Source: Okamejei kenojei
Taxonomy: Eukaryota
Direction: 5' to 3'
DNA length: 64,000 bases
Assembly: GCA_035221665.1 (NCBI GenBank)
Contig: CM069159.1
Location: 20,212,001 to 20,276,000, forward strand
A model generated the notes under the pieces. The model did no database searches and was not told the DNA's origin. It saw only the letters and a program-made list of their open reading frames with translations. A program made the position numbers and the translations under genes. Shown here in pieces: positions 13,350 through 25,855 of the stretch. Each line of letters begins with the position of its first letter. Within the stretch, counting starts at the first letter, position 1.

Positions 13350-13790
13350 TCAAGAGTCAAGATTAATCAAAAGTGTTTTATTGTCATATGTCCAGAAATG
13401 GAACAATTAAATTCTCACTTGCAGCAGCACAACATATGTCAGGGCTTATGGGGAGAAGGTAGAGAATGGGGTTAGGACAGAGAGGCAGAGTAGACTTGAT
13501 GGGCCGAATGACCTAAGTCTGTTCCTATCACTGAAGACATGTAAACATAGCACTTTGTAAAACCCATAATAAATTACGAAAAATGCTCAGGATATAAATA
13601 TATAATTATAAAACAAACAAACAAACAAAAATAGTGCAAAGTCAAAAATAATGCCACCAAGTCTATGTTATTCAGAGTCTACTTGAAGGCTGTTAGGCTG
13701 ATGGTTGTTAGGAAAAAGCTGCTCCTGAACCTGACCAATACAGTTTTTAGGCTCCTATACCTTCTTCCCAATGGCAGGAGTAAAAATTGA
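13350..13790 (-). mobile_element. Rex1/Babar 3' end with a nested plus-strand CR1 tail (13440-13530)
   Basis: TTTATTGTCATATG..CACTTGCAGCAGCAC tail and CTGATGGTTGTTAGGAAAAAGCTGCTCCTGAACCTG..CTTCTTCCCAATGGCAGG (reverse of the LPSGRR...SFFP C-terminus). Confidence 0.65.
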
Positions 13791-14820
13791 GATATAAATA
13801 TTGTCCTTCCAGAAATGTTTCTGTTCTTAATCATTATTTCAGAATTGCTGCAAAAAGCTCAATTAGCATAATGCAATACTAAAGTGGCAAATGTAATTTG
13901 CAACCAGTAAGAAACATGGGAATTTTGTCAGTTCTCTTCTGTACATTGTCACGCTCTTGTACTTTTCAGAATGGGTTTTGTAGACTAAGAATACAGTGTT
14001 CATGCAAAGGTGAAGAAGATATACCAGATATTAATTTAATGATTTGGTCTGTCCCCTGAACTTTTGAAATGTAATTGTAATTGCGCTATAGTGTAATTAG
14101 ATAAATATAGGAAGTAAGGACTGAAGCCAGAGCCTATAGGTGAATGTTCAGTCATCTGGTCCCTGCCATTTTATTTTCTGCTGATGCTGAATTTAATGAG
14201 TAAAGCTCTTTATGACAGTGAAGAAGAGAAAAGAAGCGTTCGTGTTCTCAAAGGAATTTGAATCTGATCGGTATCTGAATTACATTTGCAAATTTCTCCC
14301 TTAGCCAACACAGAAACCAGACTGTCATCAGAACCAGATTTCAGTTCCATTCTTGTGCCAGAGAAAAATAATTGTAAAGAGGTAAGTTAAAGCAACCAGA
14401 GAAGATGGGAAACGAATAGACTACGAGAGGATAAAGTAAAGGATTGAGAAATATAGACCGCTGGGCTTTGGAAACAGCTGAAAAAATATTTCATCTGATC
14501 TGGGGAAAATTTTCCTTGGTCTGCGTCCAGGACATAGGATTGTCTCAGTGAAGTGTAAACCAGTGGACTGGACAGTCCAGGTTCTTAGGTTAAAGTAATA
14601 GATACAATATTTCCTCATGTAAGTTACTAAGGTGGAGATCTTTACAATCACAAAATTGGGATCGAAATAGAATTAGATACATTTATTGTTGTAAAGAAAT
14701 GCTGCAGGGGTTAGGGTTCATGATTAACCCATTGTCTTGACTTCAGTTGCAGGCAATAAATTGGTGCTGCCTCCTGATATCTTGGACTTGGGTGCAATCT
14801 TTCATTGACAGGACCTTTAC

Positions 14821-14921
14821 CAGTCTGAAGAAAGGTCTCAATCCAAAACGTTGCCCATTCCTTCTATCCAGAGATGCTGCCTGTCCCGCTGAGTTATTCC
14901 CAGCATTTTGTGTCTATCTTC
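14821..14921 (+). mobile_element. PLE terminal-repeat fragment
   Basis: CAGTCTGAAGAAAGGTCTCAATCCAAAACGTTGCCCATTCC..TGTGTCTATCTT. Confidence 0.8.
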
Positions 14922-15059
14922 TGGACATTTACCCACAGACAATTCATCATGATTGGATCACTCCCCTTAAAGTGCTGGGGCAATCTAGATGCAGACAGTG
15001 GTGGCGATGACATCTTCATTACAGACTCTATCTTTGTTTAGATGAGGTGAGCAAAAAAC

Positions 15060-15410
15060 AAGTGTTCCAGGTGACCTCACCAACACCCTGTACAACCATA
15101 ACAAAATCTCCCTGTTCTTAAACTCCATCTCCCTGACTAGAGCCAAACAAACCATTTGTATTCTTAAGTCTTAAGCACCTGCCGACAAACTTTTTGTGAT
15201 TCATGCAGAAGAACCTCTATATCTCTCTAAACATCGCTCATTTTCAGTATCTTTCTGTTTAGGTAATAATCTTATTTTCCAGAACTCTTATCAAGGTCCA
15301 TAACCTCACTTCCTCAGAATCAACATCATTTGCCACGTTTTTGCCCAATCACTCAATCTATCTATGTCTCTTTGTAGAATCATAATGTCCTCATCACACC
15401 AAGCCATACT
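15060..15410 (-). mobile_element. Old CR1 ORF2 fragment
   Basis: TCCAGGTGACCTCACCAACACCCTGTACAAC.. is the reverse of the LYRVLVRPHLE motif, heavily decayed. Confidence 0.6.
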
Positions 15411-15461
15411 TTTCTAAATCTCTGGCCCTACATTTTTTTAAATCTCAGATACACTTGGTAA

Positions 15462-15988
15462 TAGAGTCATAGAGTCATATTGTGTGGAAACAGGCCCTTC
15501 CACCCAACCTGCCCACACCGACCAACATGTCCCATCCACAGTCGTCCCACTTGCCTGTGTTTGGCCCATATCCCTCTAAACCTGTCCTATCTATGAAGAA
15601 GGGTCTCGACCCGAAACGTCAGCCCTTCCTTCTCTCCAGAGATGCTGCCTGTTCCGCTGAGTTACACCAGCATTTTGTGTCTACCTTTGATTCAAACCAG
15701 CATCTGCAATTCTTTCCTACACTATCTATGTACCTGTCTAATTGCTTCTTAAACATTGCAATAGTTCCTACCTCAACTACCTCCTCTGGCAGCTCGTTCC
15801 ATACACCCACCACCCTTTGTATGAAAAAGTTACCCCTCAGATGCTTATAGAATCTTTCCTCACCTTAAACCTATGCCCTTTGGTTCTCAATGTCCCTTTT
15901 CTGGACAAGAGACTCTATGTTTCTACCCGATCTATTCCTCTCATGATTTTATACACCTCCATAAGATTACCCCTCCACTTTCTTCTAT
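15462..15988 (-). mobile_element. CR1 3' fragment with nested PLE repeat (15596-15721; CTATCTATG duplicated)
   Basis: (CATAGAGT)n tail, GGAAACAGGCCCTTC, ORF VGVWNELPEEVVEVGTIAMFKKQLDRY; CTATCTATG at 15587-15595 and 15722-15730. Confidence 0.85.
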
Positions 15989-16986
15989 GATACCCTTGGC
16001 AATTTGATTCATCCAGTCAATATGTGGATTAAAATGTCTCATGAATATTGCATGAATATTGCAGTTCCTTGCAAACAGGTCCTAGACATCTCCCCATTTA
16101 TGCTCTACCCTATCGAAAGGTATTTCCTTTCCACTTATTCATGATTTCAACTACAACCAATTCTATATTGCTATTCACCACCTCCATTACATAATACAAA
16201 ACAATTCCGATACCTCTCTTGATAACAACACTATCCCACCTCCTTTCCCCTTTGGGAACATTGTTCTTTGGAAACATTATACAGCCTGGAATATTGAGCT
16301 AGTGGTCTTCCAGCTACTGTCCCTATAATGACTATTAAATCATATACACACGGTGCTATCTGTGCTGTCAATTCATCTTCCTTATTGCAAATGCTACATG
16401 CATTAAAATAAAGACCACAAAGGTTCTATTTTTTTCACTGCCTTCCAATTCTTTGCTATTTTTCAATATTATTCCCAATCGCCTCCAAGGAGAAAAGGTA
16501 CACGACAGAGAAATCTGCATTGTTTTTGCAATATGCAGCTATCATGTTTGAATATCTGATACCGTGTGCCAGCTTCAGTTGTACGTTAAAGATTTGCAGC
16601 AGTATAATTGTCAGATGTTCAGCCACAGATGATGTGTCTAAGCTCTTGAAAGATGCGAGGCCACAACACCAAACTTATGGCAGGCAAAGATCATCGCCAA
16701 TGTGACCTTCGTACACCTGGATCATCTGTTCGAGCCAAAAGCCAAAACCTGCAGTCTGTAATGAAGATGTCATTGACCTTCATAGTGCATAAAGATAGTC
16801 TTGTCCCATTCTCTTGTGTCATAGAGTACCAAGTGAGCATGGGTTGCAGAGACTGAAGACTTCTCCTGTGTAACTGCATACATACTGCCGATGAATACTT
16901 CATCTGGGAAAGATCACTTTTATGTAGGGAAAGATTTCACTAATGATTCCTTTATTCTCTAGCAGTCATACTGTCAATAACATTGC

Positions 16987-17268
16987 ATGGTCGCACAGCT
17001 GGTAAAGCTGCTTCTTCACAGCACCAGAGACCCGGGTTCGATCTTGACATCAGGTACTGCCTGATTGCTGTTTGCATGTTCTCCCTATGACTGCATTGAC
17101 CATCCAGGTGCTCTGGTTTCCTCCCATATCCCAAAGACATGTGAGTTTTTAGGTTAATTGGCCACTATAAAATGTGTAGGAAGTGGATAAAAAAGGATAA
17201 CATATAACTGGCATAAACGGGTGACCAATGGTTGATGTAGACTTGGTGGGCTGAGGCCCTGTTTCCAT
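16987..17268 (+). mobile_element. HE1-like V-SINE (tRNA head, V-domain, CR1-like tail)
   Basis: TGGTCGCACAGCTGGTA (A box), GGGTTCGATC (B box), GGTTTCCTCCCATATCCCAAAGAC, GGCCCTGTTTCC. Confidence 0.8.
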
Positions 17269-17577
17269 TAAAAACCCATTGCAGTGAGCCACTAGATGAC
17301 TGACTGCTGATAAGAGTTTACTGACAAAGCTCTTAAATCAGATTCACAGGAGCACAACAGGCCAACGAGGAAAGTTTTGCTGCCACAAAGGCCAATATGC
17401 TACTGACATCCACAAACAACACTTCCATGGGCTGCATCATTCTCCTCAACGCAACAGGTATGAAGACCTCTAGCAGTATGTTAGTTGCTGTCCACCAGGT
17501 AGGCGTAATGCTGCTCAGCACAAGTTAGAAGAGCAGAAGGAATTGATGGAGTAGGAGAAATTATCACAGTAAGTGAC

Positions 17578-17749
17578 GGGCATGGCAGCATCTCTGGAGA
17601 GAAGGAATGGGCGACGTTTCTGGGCGAGACCCATCTTCTCGACCCAAAACGTCGCCCATTCCTTCTCTCTCAGCCACACTTGCTGAGTCACTCCAGCATT
17701 TTGTGTCTCCCTTCGATTTAAACCAGCATCTGCAGTTCTTTCTTACACA
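17578..17749. mobile_element. PLE fold-back mini-element
   Basis: GAGAGAAGGAATGGGCGACGTTT / AAACGTCGCCCATTCCTTCTCTC inverted pair; degenerate flanking repeat CACAGTA(A/G)GTG(A/G)CGG. Confidence 0.8.
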
Positions 17750-18989
17750 GTAGGTGGCGGCATGGGAAGGGGATTGGAAGTGCAAGCTGTAGCCTCTTTA
17801 ATCCCATTCTCAAATAATTTAAAAGCAAAACTCCCCCATAACCTTTGATTCGCCATCAGTGCTGCATGACTTACCTTTTCTCGATCTCGCCAAAACCTTT
17901 GCAAAGTCACATTCAGAAAAAAAAGCCCAGAAAGTACCTAATCCAATCAGTCTTCATAAATCCAATTATTATAAATGCACACAAAATAATAATTAACCTT
18001 GGGACCGTCCTCAGTATCTGTCCTCTGTGAGCTTTTGGTTCCGACTATTCTGAGGTTTCCTGATGACCAGGAGACCAGATAAAGTCCAAGTATTCCTGAC
18101 CACCTGATCCCACTGCTTCAAGAGCAGTCCGAGAACACTCGCCCAACAACCTGCAGCAGTCACACGGATATTCTGCCTGTGTCTTGAACCACAACCTCTA
18201 ACGCATTGTCAAAAAATGTTAATGTTGCCTCGGCCTCCTCTATGGTTCAACCATGCCTCTATTATGTTGCAGTCCAGACTCAAAATACTCCTGCCATTAT
18301 TTGCAGTCACGATACATTTCCCCTTTTAAGAGGTGTGGATTATCTTACGGTAGTGCCAACCAGTCAAGTATTTGGCCCATTGTTCATTGATGCTGGCCAT
18401 CAGCAGCTCATCCATGGGGAACAAGTTTGCATTTTAGATCCTTGAGCTTCCTCTTCCTTACTGCAGAGGAAATGTTATCAGTGAATATCCTGCATCGTAA
18501 TGAATGGACATGGGCTAATCTTGCACTGTATAATGGAGTTAGCCAATGTAACCACTGTTAGATGTATTTTACTTTGGTTTGCGGTGGCTGCTTGAAGTAA
18601 TTCGACAAGGAAGCATAATTTTATCAGATAATAACAGTGATATCTTGATAACTAATATTGGATTATTATTTACCATGAGACTTATATTGATAATGTCACA
18701 ACTGCATGCCTTAAATTATCTTATGAGCACCAAACTAGATTAGATAGTGGCACTTAGAGAAGTAATAGGTTCACGCCTTACTGCATGGATCTATCTTGAG
18801 CGTGAGGAGTTTTCCCAGTGGATTAGCTAATGTTCTGCACACAACCAACAACATCAAAATCAGATTAAATAGTACTTTATCCAGTTGCTGTTCAAGCAAC
18901 CTAGCAAATGCACTGCAGTGTCTGTCTACAAAGGCACTTTGCTCCCCTCATTGTAGGCGAAATGTTCTGACACGCCTAGCCTATTCAAT

Positions 18990-19300
18990 ATTTTTCTCAT
19001 AATTCAAGGCCTCTGATCCGGGGCCACATTGTAGTGAATCTCCTCTGCACTCTCGAGAGAGAAAAAAAGTCATATCCTCCATATAGTGTGGTAACCAGAA
19101 CTCCAGTCAATACTCCAAGTGCAGTCTAACCAATGTTCTGTAAAGATGCAAGATAATGTCCCAACTTTTATATTCTATGCCTTGACTTATGAAGAGAAGC
19201 ATGACAATGACTTCTTCACCACCCAATCTATCTGTGTTGATACATTCTAGCAACTATAGACTTGAACCCCCAAGATTCTTCTGTTCATCAACAGTCCTGA
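18990..19300 (-). mobile_element. Old CR1 ORF2 fragment
   Basis: GTGAATCTCCTCTGCACTCTC..ATACTCCAAGTGCAGTCTAACCAATG is the reverse of the LVRLHLEY...RVQRRF motifs. Confidence 0.7.
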
Positions 19301-20047
19301 GTCATATAGTAAATATACATAAATACATATTTACAACATGCATAATATTGATATAGTATATAAATGTTACCTCTGCCACATTTCCTGCATAAAATAACAA
19401 TATTAGGTAAAATCCAATCTTGTTAATAAAGATGCAAAACTCTACTTCTCGGCCCCAGCTATCTCGGTCCCTTGCAACTCTCATAGCAACCTGGGATAAC
19501 ATAGATTACATCAACCTGATTAACTCAACCTGCATTCAAAAATAGCTTAACTAAAAGTACACAAATTACATTCCACACTCCACTTGCACTTTGTCTATTT
19601 TATTTCTGGCATGTATTCGGCTAAACCTACAGCTTGCTTGTTTAGTGGCAATTTGTAGTAAACATCGGTCAATTCCATGTTGCACATTAGTGTCCACTAG
19701 GCACTTGATGAATTATATAAAACCTGGAATCCTAGAAAGATTCTTATATAAACACCAATACTTCAAAGAATCAGAGTGATAACGGCACAATTTCAGCAAC
19801 TCAGCCCTTTGTCTTTCCTGGCTCTTTGCAATAATAAGAGTTAAGCATGTTTTATTGTCATGTGTCCCAGATAGAACAATGAAGTTCTTACTTGCAGCAG
19901 CACTACAAATACCACACCTGTATCTTTGCAATGTGTGAGCATTGCTGGTAAGGTCAGCATTTACTAACCCGCCTGCACAATATGCATCCCAAATCACCCT
20001 TGAGCTGTAGCAATCCTTTTGATGAAGATACTCAAGCTATACTGTTT

Positions 20048-20453
20048 TTGTTTAGTTCGGTTTAGAGATACATTGTGGAAACAGGCCATTCGGTCCACCA
20101 AGTTCATCACCCACACACTGGTTCTATCCAACACACCGGGGACAATTTACAGAAGACAATTCATCTACAAATCTGCACATCTTTGGAATGTGGGGGAAAA
20201 CCGGGGCACCTGGAGAAAACTCATGTAGTTTAAAGTGAGAATGTACAAATTCTGTACAGACAGCACCCATAATCAGGATCAAACCCAGGTCTCTAGAGGG
20301 TCAAACCCAGGTCCGAAGAGGGTCTCGACCCGAAATGTCACCTATTTATTTTCGCCACAGATGCTGTCTGACCCGCTGAGTTACTCCAGCTTTTTTTGTT
20401 TATCTCCAAGTCTCTGGCGCCGTTAGGCAGCAGCTCTATCGCTGTGCCACTGT
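20048..20453 (-). mobile_element. HE1-like V-SINE with nested PLE repeat (about 20311-20405)
   Basis: TTTAG tail, GGAAACAGGCCATTCGG, TTTGGAATGTGGGGGAAAACCGG, GCAGCAGCTCTATCGCTGTGCCAC. Confidence 0.85.
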
Positions 20454-21389
20454 GTTGGGCAAAGATTTACAACGCCTAGACTTAGTGCAGAAATATGGAT
20501 ATTGCCAGTCCTGCAATTATGTTGCTTTCTAGTGAATTGCTTCATTTTCTATACACATGTCCATCTTCTGCAGGCAGAAGAACTGTGAGTGAAACCCACA
20601 CCTTCCACTAAATGTATGAGAAAGAAGAAAATGTCATTGCCCTTTCCAAAGGATGGGGTCGACTTTAACTGGGCCATTGGGAAAATAGATGTAGGCATCA
20701 TATTTAAATCTTGCCTTGAATGTGCAGCTGTTTAAGTTGGCCCATATTAATATGGGTCTCAATAAAATGTTAATGCCCCTGCTTCATATTAATGCGAGTG
20801 AAACACTCATATTTCACATCAAACAGTAATAATTCATGGCGTGGGTTTGCATAACTGGAAGCTGATGCTTATGGAATATTGTACCTCTGCGGTTTTCAAT
20901 GTTCTCTATTAGTGGCATGTGAAATATGTTGAATTTCTAATATTCTGAATAATTTTTCTTTACAGCTGCAAAATAAGGACCACTGAGCAATAAAGCAGTT
21001 TGACTATTTAATCATATAACCACCTGACAAATGAACAACTCATTTTCGTGAATCCACTTGAAACTTCTTGAAACCTATGTCCATGACTAGAAAATATATG
21101 TGGGGGAAAGCCAGTTCGAAATATATGTCTTAAAGACAAACACATAACTTAATGTGACTTGACCAAAATGAGTCATTGCCAATCACCAACCTTGAGAAGA
21201 ATTTTGGCATCACAACCTATAAGAATAAAGTTTTGTCAGTTGTTCATGGTATTCTAGTGAACACATTACTTTCAAGTCCATATTAGGAGCTAGAATAGAT
21301 CAGTAAGTTCCTTAAGCCTACCTCATCGTTCATTTAGCAAACTGCTCATCCCCATTTTTCCTGCCCTTTATCAATACCTTTTGATATAC

Positions 21390-21686
21390 TTTAGTTTAGA
21401 GATACAACATGGGAACAAGCCCCAGAGCCCAACTGAGTCCGCACTGATCACCCGAACACTAGTTCTATGTTATTCCACTTTTGCATCCTACTCACTAGGG
21501 GCAATTTATAGCAGCCAATTAACCTACAAACCTGCATGTCTTTGAAGGTTGGGAAGATATCAAAGCACCCCAAGAAAACCCACACAGCCACAGGGAGAAC
21601 GCACAAACTCCCCACAGACAGCACCCGTGGTCAGGATCGAACCCGGGTCTCTGGCGATGTGAGGCTGCAGCTCCGCTGTGCCACCC
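21390..21686 (-). mobile_element. HE1-like V-SINE
   Basis: TTTAGTTTAGAGATAC tail; GCCAATTAACCTACAAACC; CAGGATCGAACCCGGGTCTCTGGCG. Confidence 0.85.
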
Positions 21687-22044
21687 TTAGTGAAGAAAAA
21701 TCTATCAGCCAGAACATTTAAGATGAGCCAGCAGCTGCAATGTTTTAGAGTTCCAGACTTCCACTATGCTTTGTTTGAAGATTTCTTGCTGCTTTTGTTA
21801 CTGAATGACCTTGCACTATTTGCAAGATTAGTATTATCTTGTCCTTTATTCCTTCATTTGAGGAAACCTTTTTTTCTTCCATATCAATCCTAATTATTTT
21901 TCTAACATTTTAAGTGTCTCCATTCTAACATTTTGACCACTCCACCCAATCATGCTATGTACAAGGGAGTCCAAAACAAGATAGGCTGTGCCAAATAAAA
22001 CTTGCAGAAACATAACCAACTGGACAATGCTCTCAATACTATAT

Positions 22045-22376
22045 CTTCTTCTTCTTCTTGTTGCGAATGAACCATAAACCAAAGGAACAGTTAGATCTCA
22101 AGCCGGGTGTTGAGCAGCCAGGTTGTTGTCTCTGCGTCAATATCTGCCAGGCCCTGAGCTCCATTTAGTGGGTGGTAGAGCGGGCACTCAGAGATGACAT
22201 GGTTGGCTGTTGTTGTTCTGCTCCGCATTCACAGGCTGGACTCTGGCGGAGTTCCCATCTCCACATGCCGGCATTGAAACGCCCAACTCCAGTACAAAGC
22301 TGTTGGCTTCACCCAGGCTCCTCTGGGGAGGTCAGACCCTGGACAGCTTTTATCTGGTGAAGAGATGTAGCTGTGT
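22045..22376 (-). mobile_element. 5'-truncated Vingi/Ingi-like (I-group) LINE 3' end with (AAG)n tail and 10-bp TSD
   Basis: With frameshifts corrected, translates to PGSDLPRGAWVK..LCTGVGRFNAGMWRWELRQSPACECGAEQ.TANHVISECPLYHP..TWLLNTRLEI* (CCHC knuckle); AATACTATAT at 22035-22044 and 22377-22386. Confidence 0.75.
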
Positions 22377-23399
22377 AATACTATATGCACGACCTTAATG
22401 TAGCAGCCATGTCTGGATAGTTATGAACATTTCCTGCACATCAAAGTAGTTCATTATGGAATGGATTTTACAATATAACTCTGATGGATCACATCCTCTG
22501 AGAATGTATCTTGCTTATTTAGACCATGATCTAATGATCCATGGCTCTTGTTACTTGTTCTTTCGCACGATGGCCACAGTTTTATAAGCACCACCTCTAC
22601 ATTATTAAGTTCCGTCTTGTGCTGGTAAAAGATGTGATAAAAAGATACAATGCTAGTCTTTCATGCTCAAGATAAAAATTAATATCTGTAAGTTATTCTC
22701 TGTTGTACACTAATTCCACAGAACACACAGTGCATAAACTGAGACTAATTTCTTTGATTTTTTTTCCCCTCCCTTTTATTTCAGTCAAATTCCAATATTA
22801 AGACAGATGTCAGGAGCCAGGGCAGTCCATGGAGCTGATGTATGACAAGGTCTGTCCTTGAGGATTAATGATTGTAATAAGATCAGGACAGATTTATTGA
22901 ATGATATCGGCAGTAAGTTACAAGGGGTAACACAGCCATTGCTTGTTGCAATTTAATCCCTGGATTATGGAACTAACACAAACAGCTCAAGATCTCTTAT
23001 AAAGTATCTCAGAGCTGTTGATTAAATGATGACCCTGTTACTCATATCAAACACACATCTGTCTACATGTGGAATCCTCCTGTGACATTATTCGGCACAA
23101 AGTTTCTCGGCGTCTTCCGTCACTGTCATTTTCGCTCCATGTTATCACATTTCATGTCACTGGCACAATTGTTCCAATTGCAAGTAGCTATGGATGGTTA
23201 TGAGTGAAAAATAAGGTTATCATTCACTAATAATTAAATGACATTACAAATAAATCCAAGTGGAATGAAATGAAAGGTTTTAAAATCAGTTTTCTTTATT
23301 TCTATGCATCGCTCCAAGGCTGCAATAAAATAGATTCAATGCATAGAAAGTTGAAATGATAATGGAATCATATATACATGTACTACATGGAAGCAGGTC

Positions 23400-23570
23400 T
23401 AGAAACAAAGAGCTGCAGATGCTGGTTAAAGCACGAAAGAACACAAAGTGCTGGAGTAAATCAGCAGGTCAGATAGTATCTTTGGACAACATGGTTAGGT
23501 TACCTATCCATTTTCTCCAGAGATGCTGCCTGACCTGTTACGTTACTCCAGCACTTTGTGTCCTTTTTGT
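23400..23570. mobile_element. PLE fold-back mini-element
   Basis: AGAGCTGCAGATGCTGG..ACACAAAGTGCTGGAGTAA / TTACTCCAGCACTTTGTGT. Confidence 0.75.
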
Positions 23571-23571
23571 T

Positions 23572-24410
23572 TACAGAAACAGGTCTATTGTCTCATCATG
23601 TTCATGCCAATCTTTTTACCCATCTAATTTTCCTGCATCAGATCCATAACCTTCTAAGCCTTACATAATTTGTCCTTGAACATGGTGATTGTATCTTAAA
23701 CATGGTGATTGTATCTAACTCCTCAACCTCCTCTGGCTGCAAATTCCAGATATCAACTACTATCTTTGTAAAAATCGTCAACGCTATAGAAACATAGAAA
23801 CATGGAAAATAGGTGCAGGAGTAGGCCATTCGGCCCTTCGAGCCTGCACCGCCATTAAATATGATCATGGCTGATCATCCAACTCAGTATCCTGTACCTG
23901 CCTTCTCCCATTACCCCCTGATCCCTTTAGCCACAAGGGCTAAATACTCCCTTAAATTGTCAGGTGCTTCTTCATCCTCCTACCAACTGGTTACCATTTT
24001 CAGGGAGCTATGGACATGAACTCCTGGGTCTCATCAGAATTCATTAGTGTCCTTCATTTACTGTGGTTGTCCTACCCTTGTTTAACTTAACATAATGCAA
24101 CATCTTGCACTTGTCAGGATTAAATTCCATCTGCTAATACTCTATCCAATTTCCCATCTGATCTATATATTACTGTGGCCTTAGACAAACTTCCTTGCTT
24201 TCCACAAAACCTCCCATTTTTGTCTCATCTGAAAACTTAGTAATCACACATTCATGACCAAGTTAATATAACAAACAACAAAGTCCTTGCATTAATCCCT
24301 GTGGGGCACTGCTGGTCAGAGAGTTCCAATCAGAAAAGTATGTTTCCACTACCAACCTATGTATCCTGTCATCAAGCTCATTTTCGATCCAATTGTCCAA
24401 CTTACTTTAG
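23572..24410 (-). mobile_element. Cluster of CR1 fragments, including a younger tail at 23785-23945
   Basis: (CATAGAAA)n..GGAGTAGGCCATTCGGCCCTTCGAGCCTGCACCGCC; ORF WNLQPEEVEE; older ORF2 remnants at 23960-24410. Confidence 0.75.
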
Positions 24411-25335
24411 ATTTCATATTTCATGGTCCCTTTTTTTCCCCTCCTAATTTCATTCCTACATTTCCTCCTAAATGTTCTATATTTCACAAAGTACATCCAC
24501 AAGTCAATGAAGAGAATGAATTGTTGAACTGGAACAGGTATATGTAAGATTTGTCACCACTCTTTTAAACATACACAATCCAACCTTATAATATTTATTG
24601 ATTCAACTTCGTTTTTAATGATTACAGTACATAAGAAATCAGAGAGTTATGGGTATGTCCCTAATTTATCACAATGTTATATTATAGTTTTGGATTTGTG
24701 CTGTTTAGGATTAAATGGCCTCAAAGCCAACATCATAGTTTTTGTGACTTTCTAAGCCATTTGGTTCACTTTATGTTCTTGGAAGATATTTTAACTGGTA
24801 GAAAAGTTGTTTGCAACTCTTAGTTCAGAAACATTTCAGTATATTTTAGAACTATCATGCGTACGGTATATGACGTAAACATCTTTTCTAAATTGCCATG
24901 ACCTTCAAATGTTTTTCTTGGAATTTTAATATTTTGCTTCTGTTCCCCTGAAATTTCCCTTGGCCACACCAAAAAGTTATATGTCAGCCTAGTTCTAGAA
25001 CTCTGTCCTTACGCAGATGGCCAAGTTGCTTTTTTAAATAATTAGGTGACCTTTATTCTTGCACTTCCTGCTAGTGTGTCAAAGGTTGCCAAAATGTGAC
25101 TGTGCTGAGACCCATGGAAGGAAACAAAAGCATTACTCCATCCAGACACAAGGTGTTGGTGTTACAATATTTGGTTAGGTCAAATACAGTTTTCTTGTTT
25201 GCTTACAAGAGCACAGAAAAAAAGCACAGATCCATAGAAATGACCTTCCTGGCCCATAGATAATTTATGTAACATTATTATGTGTGGAAATCTGGAATAC
25301 CACAATTATACAGGATTCAATTTTATTTGGGAAAA

Positions 25336-25577
25336 GAGACACCAGATAGAGGGAGATGCAGATAAAGAGATACACACAAATAGAGAGAGAGACAGAGAGA
25401 GAGAGAGAGACAAGATAGAGAAAGACACACAGATAGAGATAGACATAGAGAGAGAGACAGAGACAGAGGCAGAGGCAGAGGCAGAGGCAGACATATAGAG
25501 AGAGAGACACAGAGATAGCGGGAGAGACACACATATAGAGAGAGAGGCACACATATAGAGAGACAGAGATGGAGAGA
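25336..25577. repeat. Compound GA-rich microsatellite (AG, AGAGAC, AGAGGC units)
   Basis: Directly visible. Confidence 0.95.
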
Positions 25578-25689
25578 TTTACAACTTTTTAACCTCAAAG
25601 GAAGGGTTAAATTAGGTAAAATTTAATCACGTTTATGGTTCATGGTCCAATAGTGAGAAACCCAGAGAATAAAACAAAAACATTTAAAA

Positions 25690-25855
25690 AACTGTGCAGA
25701 CATTGGAAATCTGAAATAAAACCAGGAAATGATGAATGTACTCAGCAAGACAAGTTGCCTTTATGGGAATGGTCTTTGACTTGAAACATTAACTCTGTTT
25801 CTCTTTCCAATGATGTAACCTGACTTCCTGAGAAGATACAGCATTTTCTGGTTTA
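25690..25855. mobile_element. Old PLE terminal-repeat fragment
   Basis: TGCAGACATTGGAAATCTGAAATAAAAC..ACTCAGCA / GACTTGAAACATTAACTCTGTTTCTCT..CAGCATTTTCTG. Confidence 0.55.

Noticed and set aside
20966-21010. Acceptor-like TTTTTCTTTACAG
   Set aside because: All frames close within about 30 nt and no donor is evident.
22784-22850. Strong polypyrimidine acceptor (TTTTATTTCAG) as a coding exon
   Set aside because: Stops in all three frames and only a weak donor.
25265-25598. Overlapping low-complexity ORFs (SLSLS, ERERD, CLCLC)
   Set aside because: Artefacts of the GA microsatellite.
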